From NCBI GenBank assembly GCA_964637115.1, contig CAZWVL010000002.1, positions 1-64,000 on the forward strand: a DNA stretch of 64,000 nt, given 5' to 3'. Source of the stretch: an uncultured Methanosarcinales archaeon (GTDB lineage Archaea; Nanobdellota; Nanobdellia; Woesearchaeales; ARS49). Positions 9,090 to 18,929 of the stretch are shown in pieces. Position numbers and translations under genes: made by a program. Below the pieces are notes generated by a model, which did not search any database, was not told the origin of the DNA, and saw only the letters and a list, made by a program, of their open reading frames with translations. Positions within the stretch are counted from its first letter, which is position 1. Each line of letters opens with the position of its first letter.

Positions 9090-10010
9090 CTATTCTTCAT
9101 CCATTACTAATCTTGAAACGTTGTTCGTCAGTGTAACCATACTCTTGAACAACTCAGCAGTACCGGCAGAAAGTTCACTTGCCTCCTTCAAAAGACCCTC
9201 GCGCTGCAATGCAACACCATCAGCCAGTTTCTTATCTTTAGTAAAGTATGCCTTCATGACTTCCAGATAATTCTTTTCAACACTCTGGAAGACCTGCTTA
9301 ACTTTATCTTTTTTCTTCTCCTTTGCCAAGTATTCAGACAAAGCTTTGGCACAGTCAGCAAAATTCTCCAAGTTTATCGTCAGATAATAATAACTCAGCA
9401 CTTTCTCATTTGACAACTGGAAGAAATCAGCAATCTGCTTGTTAGCAAGAGAACTCTTCAGCAAGCGCATAAGCAAAAAGTAAGCCCTGTTGACCTCATA
9501 ATCGCGCACTTGTACGCTCTGCGCAAGCTCTGCATTATCCAAAGCAGCTATTGAATCCTGAATCATGCTCCTGACAAGCATGTCCATACGACGAAGTGTC
9601 TTGTCAATGCTGATTTCTTTCAAATTAAGAAGATCTTTAGCAATAATGCTATTAGCAGTCTGGTCAGCAACTTCCAATGCGACAAAGTCGTGCAGCATCT
9701 TCCTGATGTCCTTAGTCTGCTTTGTAATGCTCTGGCCATTCAAAATAATCGTGTTGTAATTGTTAATGTAGGCGCTGGTTATTTCCCGCTGTATGGTGCT
9801 GAGGTCCTTATTATCAATCGGAATCGTAATCTCTTTCTGCGGAACTTCCTCATCAGCCTTGCTTTCAGGCGTTATAATAAGCTCCTTGTCCCCCTTCTCA
9901 AACAAATAGACCAAATCTCCTTTCTTCAATTTATGACGATCAAGCCATTCTTTAGGAAGAGAAATCGTATGCGACGCTTGACCTGCCTTTACTAATCTGC
10001 GGATAATCAT
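9090..10010 (-). CDS. AbrB/MazE-PhoU phosphate uptake regulator
   Basis: RRLVKAGQASHTISLPKEW (AbrB domain), REITSAYINNY and PhoU-like helical domain; start set to ATG 10010. Confidence 0.8.
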   Translation of the reverse strand: MIIRRLVKAGQASHTISLPKEWLDRHKLKKGDLVYLFEKGDKELIITPESKADEEVPQKEITIPIDNKDLSTIQREITSAYINNYNTIILNGQSITKQTKDIRKMLHDFVALEVADQTANSIIAKDLLNLKEISIDKTLRRMDMLVRSMIQDSIAALDNAELAQSVQVRDYEVNRAYFLLMRLLKSSLANKQIADFFQLSNEKVLSYYYLTINLENFADCAKALSEYLAKEKKKDKVKQVFQSVEKNYLEVMKAYFTKDKKLADGVALQREGLLKEASELSAGTAELFKSMVTLTNNVSRLVMDEE

Positions 10011-10093
10011 ACAAAACACCTCTCTTAATGCCGTACTGTCGTACATTCAATACCATAAGTATATATAAATCTTTTGCCACAGTAATATCATCA

Positions 10094-10240
10094 TTGTAAT
10101 ACTGGCGTATTACAACACAGCAACGAAAGTTGCCGCATCACTCACAGGGCAGGTCTTCGGACCTGCCACTTCATATTGTATGCAAACCCCCCAACCCAAA
10201 AAATGGCGCACCCCCAACTAATTCTGCGCCATTTATTTTT
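10094..10240 (+). ncRNA. Candidate structured non-coding RNA or leader (four hairpins)
   Basis: Stems at 10094-10115, 10120-10133 (GAAA loop), 10148-10167 (cUUCGg loop) and 10201-10234 followed by a T-rich tract; TATA-like sequence at about 10060-10070. Confidence 0.5.
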
Positions 10241-10251
10241 ACTCATCTAAA

Positions 10252-11334
10252 ATGAACACCATCACCAACCCCAAATTCCTGGAAAAAGTAGACAGATTTC
10301 TGAAAAACGTTACTCCGCAGGATAAAGTGTGCATCATACACGACACAGACCCGGATGGCGTATGTTCTGCTGTTATTATGGCCAAATGCATAGAACGACT
10401 GCGCGGCAAAAAAGTAGATGTACGCATTCCCCTTGACAAAAAAAACTACGGAATTAACAACTCGATGCTTAAAAAAATCAAACATACGAAGATTACAAAG
10501 CTTATCACATGCGACTTTAGCCCAGAGCATGACGTTCCGCTTTTGAAAGAAATAGAGAAGCAAGCAGATATCCTTGCAGTAGACCATCATAAACTCTATG
10601 CAGACTATCAGACTGACAAAACCCTCCTCTACAAGCCCCAATACTTTACGACGATAGAACCCAGCACGTATTGCACGGCAAAACTGGCATACGACGCCGC
10701 CAGCAGAGTGACAAATGTAAAAGATTTAGACTGGATGGCAGCAGCAGCGTGCATAGCAGACATCGCAACAGCACCATGGAAAAAATGGCTTGCAGCAGTT
10801 TTCAAGAAGTACAAAGTTGTCCAAAAGAAAAACCCGTTTCATACTGACATTGGACAAGTCGCAGTAACCATAAGCAGTGCGGAAGTGTATGACTCAAAAC
10901 TTGTTCCAAAATGCTTTGACATATTTTATAAAGCAAAAAAACCAAAAGATATCATTAATTCATCATTCGGCAAGTACAAGAAGATAATAGACAAAGAACT
11001 TAACAAACACCTGAAACTGTTTGAAAAAAAGGCAGAAAAACACGGTGATTTAAGACTGTATGAATTCGCATCAAAATACCGCATCCATTCACCATTAAGC
11101 ACAATTTTAGGCCTAAAGCACCCGCACAAAACCATCATAATTATTAATAAGGGATTCCCTAAAGCAGCTGTCAGTGCAAGAAGGCACGACAAAAAAGTGG
11201 CAGTGAACAACCTGCTTGAAAAAGCAGTCAAAAACATACCAGATTCAAATGCTGGTGGTCATACGCCCGCGGCAGGCGGGGGATTTCCAAAGAAATATTT
11301 AAAAATATTCAAACAGCGCATTATGGGAGATTAA
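10252..11334 (+). CDS. DHH-family phosphoesterase (RecJ/NrnA-like)
   Basis: HDTDPDG, TCDF, VDHH and C-terminal AGGH (DHHA1) motifs. Confidence 0.85.
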   Translation: MNTITNPKFLEKVDRFLKNVTPQDKVCIIHDTDPDGVCSAVIMAKCIERLRGKKVDVRIPLDKKNYGINNSMLKKIKHTKITKLITCDFSPEHDVPLLKEIEKQADILAVDHHKLYADYQTDKTLLYKPQYFTTIEPSTYCTAKLAYDAASRVTNVKDLDWMAAAACIADIATAPWKKWLAAVFKKYKVVQKKNPFHTDIGQVAVTISSAEVYDSKLVPKCFDIFYKAKKPKDIINSSFGKYKKIIDKELNKHLKLFEKKAEKHGDLRLYEFASKYRIHSPLSTILGLKHPHKTIIIINKGFPKAAVSARRHDKKVAVNNLLEKAVKNIPDSNAGGHTPAAGGGFPKKYLKIFKQRIMGD

Positions 11335-11439
11335 ATGGAAAAATTACACGTTGGACTGGCAGTTGCAAGCATTGTAGCAGTCTTACTGATATTCGCAGCC
11401 TTCCTCATACTGAGCGGACGAACAGTCCTCATTTCATAA
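11335..11439 (+). CDS. 34-aa single-TM protein (below the ORF-track cutoff)
   Basis: ATG directly after the DHH stop; MEKLHVGLAVASIVAVLLIFAAFLILSGRTVLIS*. Confidence 0.5.
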   Translation: MEKLHVGLAVASIVAVLLIFAAFLILSGRTVLIS

Positions 11440-11472
11440 ATTTAATAAAGAGACTCTAAAGAGGCGTACATC

Positions 11473-12435
11473 ATGAAAATACTAATAACAGGGGGAGCAG
11501 GGTTCCTTGGCAGCCATCTATGTGAAAAGTACGTGAATGATGGCCATACGGTCGTATGCTTTGATAACCTTGCAACAGGCGATTTGCAAAATGTACGTTC
11601 ACTCATTGCCAAACGAAATTTCAAATTCATAACAGGAGACGTCCGCGACAAAAAACTTCTTGAAAAAGTCGTACCAGGCTGCGATGCAATAATGCACTTG
11701 GCAGCACAAATTCACGTTGACAGATCGCTCATTGATCCGGAACATACCTACGAAGTCAATGTTCTCGGCACATTAAATATTCTTGAGCTCGCAAGACTGC
11801 ATGATGTGGGCAAGGTAATCCACGCATCAACATCGGAAGTTTATGGCACTGCACAAATGTCGCCAATGCCGGAAACACATCCTTTGGATGCACCGCATCC
11901 GTATGGAGCGAGCAAAATAGCAGCAGACAGAATGTGCTACGCATACCATCAGACATACGGAATGCCAGTGTACATTACTCGCTGCTTTAACATGTACGGC
12001 CCAAAGCAGAAAGACACAGGCTATGGAGGCGTAATTTCAATATTTACGCGACGTGTCATGAATAACATGCCGCCCATAATTTATGGAACAGGAGATCAGA
12101 CAAGAGATTATTTGTATGTTAAGGATGCAGTCAAAGCATATGACTTAGTTTTAAATTCAAAAAACAAGATAGCAGGAGTACCCATAAATTTTGGAACCGG
12201 TTACGACTTAAAGATCAAGACCATTGCAGAGCAAATCATCAAGCTGCTCAAAAAAGACATCAAGCCAGTCCACGTTTCTCCCAGACCAGGAGAAGTTGAA
12301 CACTTAATTGCCGACATTTCACGCGCAAAAGAACTTCTCGGCTTCAAGCCAGAATACAGCTTTGAACAAGGCATCAAAGAATTCATTGAATGGTATACAA
12401 GCTACCGCTCAGAGGAGTGGACAAAAGTCAGATGA
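11473..12435 (+). CDS. NAD-dependent sugar epimerase/4,6-dehydratase (extended SDR)
   Basis: TGGAGFLG, HLAAQIHVD, STSEVYG, YGASK and FNMYGP motifs. Confidence 0.9.
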   Translation: MKILITGGAGFLGSHLCEKYVNDGHTVVCFDNLATGDLQNVRSLIAKRNFKFITGDVRDKKLLEKVVPGCDAIMHLAAQIHVDRSLIDPEHTYEVNVLGTLNILELARLHDVGKVIHASTSEVYGTAQMSPMPETHPLDAPHPYGASKIAADRMCYAYHQTYGMPVYITRCFNMYGPKQKDTGYGGVISIFTRRVMNNMPPIIYGTGDQTRDYLYVKDAVKAYDLVLNSKNKIAGVPINFGTGYDLKIKTIAEQIIKLLKKDIKPVHVSPRPGEVEHLIADISRAKELLGFKPEYSFEQGIKEFIEWYTSYRSEEWTKVR

Positions 12436-13562
12436 AGAAACGAACCGATTTTCTCCCATTCTGTCCACCCTGCATTGGCAAAGAAGAAATTGAAGGAGTT
12501 GTGGACACGCTCAAGAACGGCTGGCTCACAATGGGGCCAAAAGTCGCAGAATTCGAAAAGAAATTTGCCGAATACTCAAATGTAAAGCACGCCGTTTCTG
12601 TAAATTCATGCACTGCAGGACTCCATCTGGCAAATATTGCAGCAGGACTCAAACCTGGCGATGAAGTCATTACAACACCAATCACGTTTGCTGCAACAGT
12701 TAATATGATAATCCACACTGGAGCAAAACCAGTGCTTGTTGATGTTGATGAGGATTACCAGTGCATTGACCCTGAAAAAATAAAAGAAGCAATCACCAAG
12801 AAAACAAAAGCAATAGTTCCAGTACATTTTGCGGGAAATCCCTGCGATATGAAAGCAATAATGGAAATTGTTTCGGACAATAATTTACAAGTTATTGAAG
12901 ACGCTGCGCATTCTGTAGGGGGAACTTATGACGGCAAGAAAAAAATGGGCAGCCTGGGAAATCTGACATCATTCAGCTTTTACGCAACTAAAAACATGAC
13001 AACAGGCGAAGGAGGCATGGTAACGACAAATGACGACGCACTCGCCGCACGATTAAAAGTGTTAAGACTGCATGGAATGAACAAGGATGCGTGGAAACGG
13101 TATACATCTGCTGGTAGTTGGTATTATGAGATTGTGGAACCTGGATGGAAAGACAACATGACGGATGTTGATGCTGCAATAGGACTTGCACAACTTAAGA
13201 AATTAGACAAGTTCTGCAGACAAAGACAGGAAATTGCTGACACGTATGCAAAACTGCTCAAAGATTTGCAATTAATATTGCCGAAAAACAAGACAGGAAA
13301 AGTGTGGCACATCTACCCAATACAAGTTTTAAAATCAGACAGGGCAAAAGTAATTGAACAATTGAAAGAGTATAATATCGGAACATCAGTGTTCTTTATT
13401 CCCATTCATTATCACCCTGCGTACAAGTATTTGAAATACAAAAAAGGAGACTTCCCAGTTGCAGAAGCATACTATAACAAAACACTCGCGTTACCTTTAT
13501 ATCCACACTTGAAAAAAGAAGATATTAAGTACGTATCTGGCGCACTACACGAGATACTATGA
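12432..13562 (+). CDS. DegT/DnrJ/EryC1/StrS-family PLP aminotransferase
   Basis: VNSCTAGLH, PVHFAG, IEDAAH and FSFYATKNMTTGEGG; ATGA overlap at 12432. Confidence 0.9.
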   Translation: MKKRTDFLPFCPPCIGKEEIEGVVDTLKNGWLTMGPKVAEFEKKFAEYSNVKHAVSVNSCTAGLHLANIAAGLKPGDEVITTPITFAATVNMIIHTGAKPVLVDVDEDYQCIDPEKIKEAITKKTKAIVPVHFAGNPCDMKAIMEIVSDNNLQVIEDAAHSVGGTYDGKKKMGSLGNLTSFSFYATKNMTTGEGGMVTTNDDALAARLKVLRLHGMNKDAWKRYTSAGSWYYEIVEPGWKDNMTDVDAAIGLAQLKKLDKFCRQRQEIADTYAKLLKDLQLILPKNKTGKVWHIYPIQVLKSDRAKVIEQLKEYNIGTSVFFIPIHYHPAYKYLKYKKGDFPVAEAYYNKTLALPLYPHLKKEDIKYVSGALHEIL

Positions 13563-14122
13563 AGGAAGTCATCAAGGCAATAATGTCGGTAATATGTTTT
13601 GTACTGCTTATACCATTTTTTATTCTTTATTTTATCAGACTTTTTGGCTTCATGTCAATTTCTCAATGCTTGAGCATGTTTCCAGGTTTTTTTGGAATAG
13701 TTCTCAGACGTGTCTGGTACAACTGCACACTTGCGGAATGCGGCAAGAATTTTACAGTTGATTTTATGGGAGTGATGAGAACACCAAAAAGCAAGGTAGG
13801 CAAGAACGTATACGTTGGCGTCAATACTTTTGTCGGATGGGCAGATATTGGCGATGACACAATGCTATCAGGGTACATAATGGTCCTCAGTGGAGCAGCG
13901 CAGCATGGCATCAAACCAGGAGTTTCAATGCGATTACAAGAAGGAAAAGTAGAGCACGTAACCATTGGCAAGGACTGCTGGATAGGAGCGGGCAGCATTG
14001 TTTTGACTGACATTGCAGACCATTCTGTTGTCGGCGCAGGAAGCGTTGTTACGAAGAAATTCGCTGCTTATGACATCATTGCAGGAGTTCCTGCGAAGAA
14101 GATAAAGAGCAGAAAAAGTTAA
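13559..14122 (+). CDS. Hexapeptide-repeat (left-handed beta-helix) acyltransferase
   Basis: VTIGKDCWIGAGSIV...VVGAGSVVTK...AGVPAK. Confidence 0.85.
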   Translation: MKEVIKAIMSVICFVLLIPFFILYFIRLFGFMSISQCLSMFPGFFGIVLRRVWYNCTLAECGKNFTVDFMGVMRTPKSKVGKNVYVGVNTFVGWADIGDDTMLSGYIMVLSGAAQHGIKPGVSMRLQEGKVEHVTIGKDCWIGAGSIVLTDIADHSVVGAGSVVTKKFAAYDIIAGVPAKKIKSRKS

Positions 14123-14131
14123 ATCGCAATA

Positions 14132-15613
14132 ATGAAAATCGTTCAAAAATTTCTTACAAATGAGCTCTTTATATCGCTGCTTTTTGTAGTTTTCTTCACT
14201 TATTTAATGTATCCGATCGCGGACCCGACAAAATACTACCGATTTAATTCTGACCATGCACTAGTTCTTTATATGATAACTGAAGATACACCTCCGCGCG
14301 AGAGCATATATTTGTGGGGACAATCGCGTTATGGCTCTTTATTATTCTTGATTTCCAAATTTTACTATATTGCCTTTCCAGCAAGCACCCTAGTGTTCGT
14401 CAATATTATGACAGTACTGTTTACTGTACTTGGTTTTTCCGTAATTGTATTCAAGAAAAAAGATAATTTTGTCCTGCTTCCTTTGGGATTGCTGTTCTTT
14501 ATATTTGTCGTGAAGACTGTTGCACCAGGGAATGTTTCTCTCTATGAACTTACTATTACTACGGCTTTCCGTCCAGATTTTCTGTTCACAATCAACGCAA
14601 CAATTCTTTTAATGCTGTTCAATTTCTATTACAAAAAGAATTGGTTTATACCCGCGCTCATTTTTGCCATATTGTCATCCTGGATAAACGATATTGCGCT
14701 GCCCCTTTTGTTTATCATTTGTGCCATATTCTCAATTTTTGATTTTATTAAAAACAGAAAAATATGCGCTTGGTATTGGCTTATCCTTTCAATCACGGCC
14801 ATTGCGATTGTAGTGCTGAAATATCTTTCTCCCAATAAAGACAGTGTATGGATTTTTGCAAGCCTCGAACAGATAAGTGCAAATTTTGTTTTTGCGGTTT
14901 CAAAAACCTTCAATGTTATTCCTGCGTATATGTGGATAGTAATAGTTTGTTTGCCCGTATATTTTGTGTGGCTCTATTTTAAACACGATGGAAAAGATGA
15001 AGACGTTACCTTTTATTTAGGCCACTCCATGCTTCTGTTCATATTAGGCGCTGCGATCTTTGTTATTCCATTTTTTAGTGACCATATTTACAGAAATAAT
15101 GTTTCACCACGGTATTTCATACACGGAATTCAGCTGCTTATGCTTGCAGCTTCCGTGAGCATTGTAGGCATTCTTGTTATTGTAAGAAAAAACGGATTCC
15201 TACGCGCAGTCCATTATTCTGCTTTTGCACTTATTCTTGTCCTGTTTGTGCCCATTTTCTTTACTTATAGAATGGAAATGCAGCAGCGGTCACCGTCAGC
15301 ATTCTATAAATCAGGAGAGCTGCTTATTGAATCTGGGTGCGAAGCAGTTGTTGGAGAATATTGGCTGTCATATGGGTATACAATTGGTGGTCTCGGAAAA
15401 CTAAAAGCAACACCTTATGATACCCGTCATACTTCTGATTCAAACATCGCACGCATATTAGCTATGAAAAACATCTGTGTTGTAGAGAAAACTACAAAGG
15501 ATTTCAAAGATCAGTACACAATACGAGGACGAACTTTGAAAGTTAAGAATTCTGCAGAAAAACCAATAAAATTGCCCGATAGCAGATATTTCAAACATTA
15601 TTTTTTTAAGTGA
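14132..15613 (+). CDS. Polytopic membrane protein, possible GT-C-fold glycosyltransferase
   Basis: About 11-12 TM helices; first-loop acidic motif FNSDHA...YLWGQSRYG; C-terminal soluble domain; visibly AT-rich. Confidence 0.5.
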   Translation: MKIVQKFLTNELFISLLFVVFFTYLMYPIADPTKYYRFNSDHALVLYMITEDTPPRESIYLWGQSRYGSLLFLISKFYYIAFPASTLVFVNIMTVLFTVLGFSVIVFKKKDNFVLLPLGLLFFIFVVKTVAPGNVSLYELTITTAFRPDFLFTINATILLMLFNFYYKKNWFIPALIFAILSSWINDIALPLLFIICAIFSIFDFIKNRKICAWYWLILSITAIAIVVLKYLSPNKDSVWIFASLEQISANFVFAVSKTFNVIPAYMWIVIVCLPVYFVWLYFKHDGKDEDVTFYLGHSMLLFILGAAIFVIPFFSDHIYRNNVSPRYFIHGIQLLMLAASVSIVGILVIVRKNGFLRAVHYSAFALILVLFVPIFFTYRMEMQQRSPSAFYKSGELLIESGCEAVVGEYWLSYGYTIGGLGKLKATPYDTRHTSDSNIARILAMKNICVVEKTTKDFKDQYTIRGRTLKVKNSAEKPIKLPDSRYFKHYFFK

Positions 15614-16706
15614 TGTTTTTCAGGGTTCTAACGAGTAACGGCACAACCTTCTTCAAATCGTACTGCTTGACCTGCTGAAGACCATCTTTTGACAACTTAT
15701 TTCTTAATTTCTCGTCTGAAAGAAGTTGGACAATCTTCGTGGCAAATGAGTTAATATCGCCTTTTTCAACCACAAAATCCTGTGCTGACTTGCTTACGAT
15801 GTCGCGCACGCCGCCAACATCAGACGCGACAAATGGAGTGCCGGTTGCCATGGCTTCTAGCAGAACTCTTGGAAAGCCTTCTTCGTCGGATGGCATCAAA
15901 AAGATGTCGGATTGTGCATATAATTTCATAACTTCCTTATTTGGCACGCTGCCCAACGTTTTTACCCACTTGCTGAGCTTCTTTTTTTTGATTTGCGCCT
16001 GCAAAGTCGGTAAATATGGTCCATCACCGGCAATAATGAATTGTGCCTTTGATTTTTTCAGCACTTTTTCAGCAATCGGCACAAGATAATGCGCGCCTTT
16101 TCTTTCTGAAATACGATGCACGAACAATATTTGAGGAATTTTGTTCTTTGAATGCTTTGGCTTGAACCGGGAAAGATCAATTTCATTCGGAACAACAAGA
16201 ATTTTTTTCAAAGGCACGCCAAACTGCTGATGATAATACTTTTTCATCCTTTCAGTGCCTGTAACGAGATAATCCACCATCTTTAATGATAATCTGAGCG
16301 GCCAATCGTCGTTAATCTTCGACTGCAGCCAGCCTTTTTGCCAGAAATGCTTGAAAAACAAGTGAGGGAGACCGCAATTCCAGTAAAAAACTCTTCCGCC
16401 GAAGAATTTTGTCATAATCGTTGCTGCAATTGCGCCGAAAAAGCTGTAATGAACGTAAAAAGTATCATATCCCTGAAGACGGAGCATCAAAAGGCGCGCA
16501 AATGTTTCACAAAAGCGTGGCACAAAAGATTTTGCGCTTATCGTCTCAATATTTTGTACGTTAGAAAGCTGTGGCGCACCCCTTGCCTTCTCTATCAGCA
16601 CGGCCAGCCTCGTCTTCTTTCCCAGTTCGCCCAACAGTTTGTAAATATGAAAGAAATGTTCGCCAGCACCCTCGTCGTACTTCGGAAGAACATAAACAAG
16701 CTTCAT
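15606..16706 (-). CDS. Glycosyltransferase family 4
   Basis: PSDEEGFPRVLLEAMATG (EX7E) motif; start set to ATG 16706. Confidence 0.85.
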   Translation of the reverse strand: MKLVYVLPKYDEGAGEHFFHIYKLLGELGKKTRLAVLIEKARGAPQLSNVQNIETISAKSFVPRFCETFARLLMLRLQGYDTFYVHYSFFGAIAATIMTKFFGGRVFYWNCGLPHLFFKHFWQKGWLQSKINDDWPLRLSLKMVDYLVTGTERMKKYYHQQFGVPLKKILVVPNEIDLSRFKPKHSKNKIPQILFVHRISERKGAHYLVPIAEKVLKKSKAQFIIAGDGPYLPTLQAQIKKKKLSKWVKTLGSVPNKEVMKLYAQSDIFLMPSDEEGFPRVLLEAMATGTPFVASDVGGVRDIVSKSAQDFVVEKGDINSFATKIVQLLSDEKLRNKLSKDGLQQVKQYDLKKVVPLLVRTLKNIT

Positions 16707-17827
16707 TTTGCAACCTGCCGCCACAAATCAAGACAGTCCTGCAAGTTTTTCTTTGGGTCAAATTTTTCCATAACCAACTTTTGACCAACCTTGCCCATCT
16801 CCTTTGCTTTTTTGTGGTTTTCGAGCACTTCAAGAATACGCAAAGCAAGAATGTCAGGATTGTCTTTTGGCACGATAAAGCCGGATTTCTCGTCAATAAC
16901 AACATCCTTTGCATCACGGACATCAGTACAGATAACAGGAAGGCCGGCTGCAGCCGCTTCAACAATAACTAACGGAATTCCTTCGTAAAATGAAGGGAGA
17001 ACAAGAACATCTGCGGCTTTGTGATATTTTGGAATGTCAGCGTGTGGCACACGACCGGTAAAAATAATATCTTTACAGCCAGCAGCCATTGTTTTCAAAT
17101 TTATTTCATCCTTTCCACTGCCGACAATTAAAAATAAAGTTTTTGGACGCTTTTGTGCAACTACTTTGGCCGCTCTAATCAGCGAGCCAACATTCTTCTC
17201 AACAGAAAGACGACCTATAAAAAGAACAATTCTGTCGTAGCTGCTAATGTATTTCTCACGCACGCTGCCCTTTTCATCAGCAAACTTCTTCAAGTCAACC
17301 AAAACAGGAGCAACCTTGACTTTTTCAGCAGAAACCCCGAGAGAAATGACTTTTTCGCGTTCAGTATCGCATTCAACTCTCACTCCATCCGCCGTCTTAA
17401 TCAGCCATTTGCCGAACATATTGAAAAAAGGATTTTTCCAATCCTCCTTTTTCCAATAAGGATCATCGAAGAAGCTGGAGACGATGTTGACGATTAATGG
17501 AATTCCAAGTCTTTTCTTCAAAAGATAGCCAGCATACCCGCACACAAACGGATCCTGTGTTGTCACCAAATTAATTGGGCGCTCTTTGTGAATTTCCTGC
17601 GCAATCTTCGCAGCCTGCCAAGGAAAACGCCACTGATATTTGGAATTGGTAGGATAAGCAATAACATTCTCAGCAATCTTTACTGGCTTAAAGTCCTTTG
17701 CAGGAGTATAGACAACTAGAGAGATAAAGTCAACGTGCTCGGCATATTTTTTCAGCCGATCAGCTAAATCGCCCCTGCCCTCCTGAGTAAATACCGTGTT
17801 GTCCAAGCCAATCATTAAGACGTGCAT
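16703..17827 (-). CDS. Glycosyltransferase family 4
   Basis: FIGRLSVEKN and PSFYEGIPLVIVEA; start set to ATG 17827. Confidence 0.85.
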   Translation of the reverse strand: MHVLMIGLDNTVFTQEGRGDLADRLKKYAEHVDFISLVVYTPAKDFKPVKIAENVIAYPTNSKYQWRFPWQAAKIAQEIHKERPINLVTTQDPFVCGYAGYLLKKRLGIPLIVNIVSSFFDDPYWKKEDWKNPFFNMFGKWLIKTADGVRVECDTEREKVISLGVSAEKVKVAPVLVDLKKFADEKGSVREKYISSYDRIVLFIGRLSVEKNVGSLIRAAKVVAQKRPKTLFLIVGSGKDEINLKTMAAGCKDIIFTGRVPHADIPKYHKAADVLVLPSFYEGIPLVIVEAAAAGLPVICTDVRDAKDVVIDEKSGFIVPKDNPDILALRILEVLENHKKAKEMGKVGQKLVMEKFDPKKNLQDCLDLWRQVAK

Positions 17828-17828
17828 A

Positions 17829-18929
17829 CTATTTTTCACCCTTTAAGAATTCAAGATACTTTTTATCTATTTCTTCACGTTTCGGCAGGTGCTTTGCCTT
17901 TGTAGCAAACTTCTTCGCTAAGGAAGGATCCCCGTAATATTTTAAAATACAGTCTTTCAACGCATCCATGTTATTGTACTCAAACAGCAATCCCCTGTTT
18001 TTAACCAGCTCAGGATTGCCGCATACGTCAGACGCAATCACGGGGCATTCAACAGACATTGCCTCCAACAAAGTATGTGACATTCCCTCATACTCGCTGT
18101 TCAATACAAGAATATCAGATGCTTTCATTAATGAACGCGTCTCATTTTCATCTTTCCTGCCCTCAAAACGCACCATGTGCGAAATATTTTCTTCATGTGC
18201 TGCTTTCTGCGCATCAAAAAACGCAGGGCCGTCTCCTACGATGATTAATAACAGTTCAGGAAGCTCTTTTCTCAATTTAGCGCACATTCGAATTATCTTA
18301 TCAACACCTTTGTAAGCGGTGATTCTGCCAACACTCAAAACCACGAACTTTTTGTCAAAACCAAACTTCTTTCTTAGAACATTCTTAGCAGGAAGTTTTA
18401 TAGGGGAAACTGCGTTTGGAATAACTCTGCTCTTGATGCCCCATTTTTTCAGCACCGATTCAAGAAAATTACTGACAGTAATGACTTCGGACTTTTGCAA
18501 TACTCCTTTCTGGATTCTCCGCAACAATTCAATTTTCCAATCATACTTTTTCTTCTGAAAAACTTCAAAAGAATCTTCAGTCCAATCATTTGAACGGGAA
18601 ATTTCCCAGGCAGAGTCGCCAACAAAACGCGTTACAAGCCTTTTTTTCAGCTTCTTTGCTGCACGCGCAGCAGGCCAGCCGGCGCTAAACGTATCTGTAG
18701 TAAAAATAACGTCGGCATCACGAGCCGACTTCAAAACGGCACGGTAAAAAGACCACCACTTAACAGGATTATCGTGAGAAATCGTAATAGCGTCTTTTCT
18801 AGGCTCTCCGTAAGTTATAACTTCAACAATCCAGCTATTCTTCTTCAAAAAAGGCACAAACTCACGAAGAAAAGTAGCAGGACCGCCGATATCAGGAGGA
18901 AAAATTCCAGTGGCAATGGTTATTTTCAT
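17829..18929 (-). CDS. Glycosyltransferase family 4
   Basis: TGIFPPDIGGPA, VGRITAYKG and SEYEGMSHTLLEAM. Confidence 0.85.
   Translation of the reverse strand: MKITIATGIFPPDIGGPATFLREFVPFLKKNSWIVEVITYGEPRKDAITISHDNPVKWWSFYRAVLKSARDADVIFTTDTFSAGWPAARAAKKLKKRLVTRFVGDSAWEISRSNDWTEDSFEVFQKKKYDWKIELLRRIQKGVLQKSEVITVSNFLESVLKKWGIKSRVIPNAVSPIKLPAKNVLRKKFGFDKKFVVLSVGRITAYKGVDKIIRMCAKLRKELPELLLIIVGDGPAFFDAQKAAHEENISHMVRFEGRKDENETRSLMKASDILVLNSEYEGMSHTLLEAMSVECPVIASDVCGNPELVKNRGLLFEYNNMDALKDCILKYYGDPSLAKKFATKAKHLPKREEIDKKYLEFLKGEK

Noticed and set aside
10094-10167. Hammerhead or other self-cleaving ribozyme reading of the hairpin cluster
   Set aside because: No CUGANGA core paired with GAAA on either strand; kept only as an unclassified RNA candidate.
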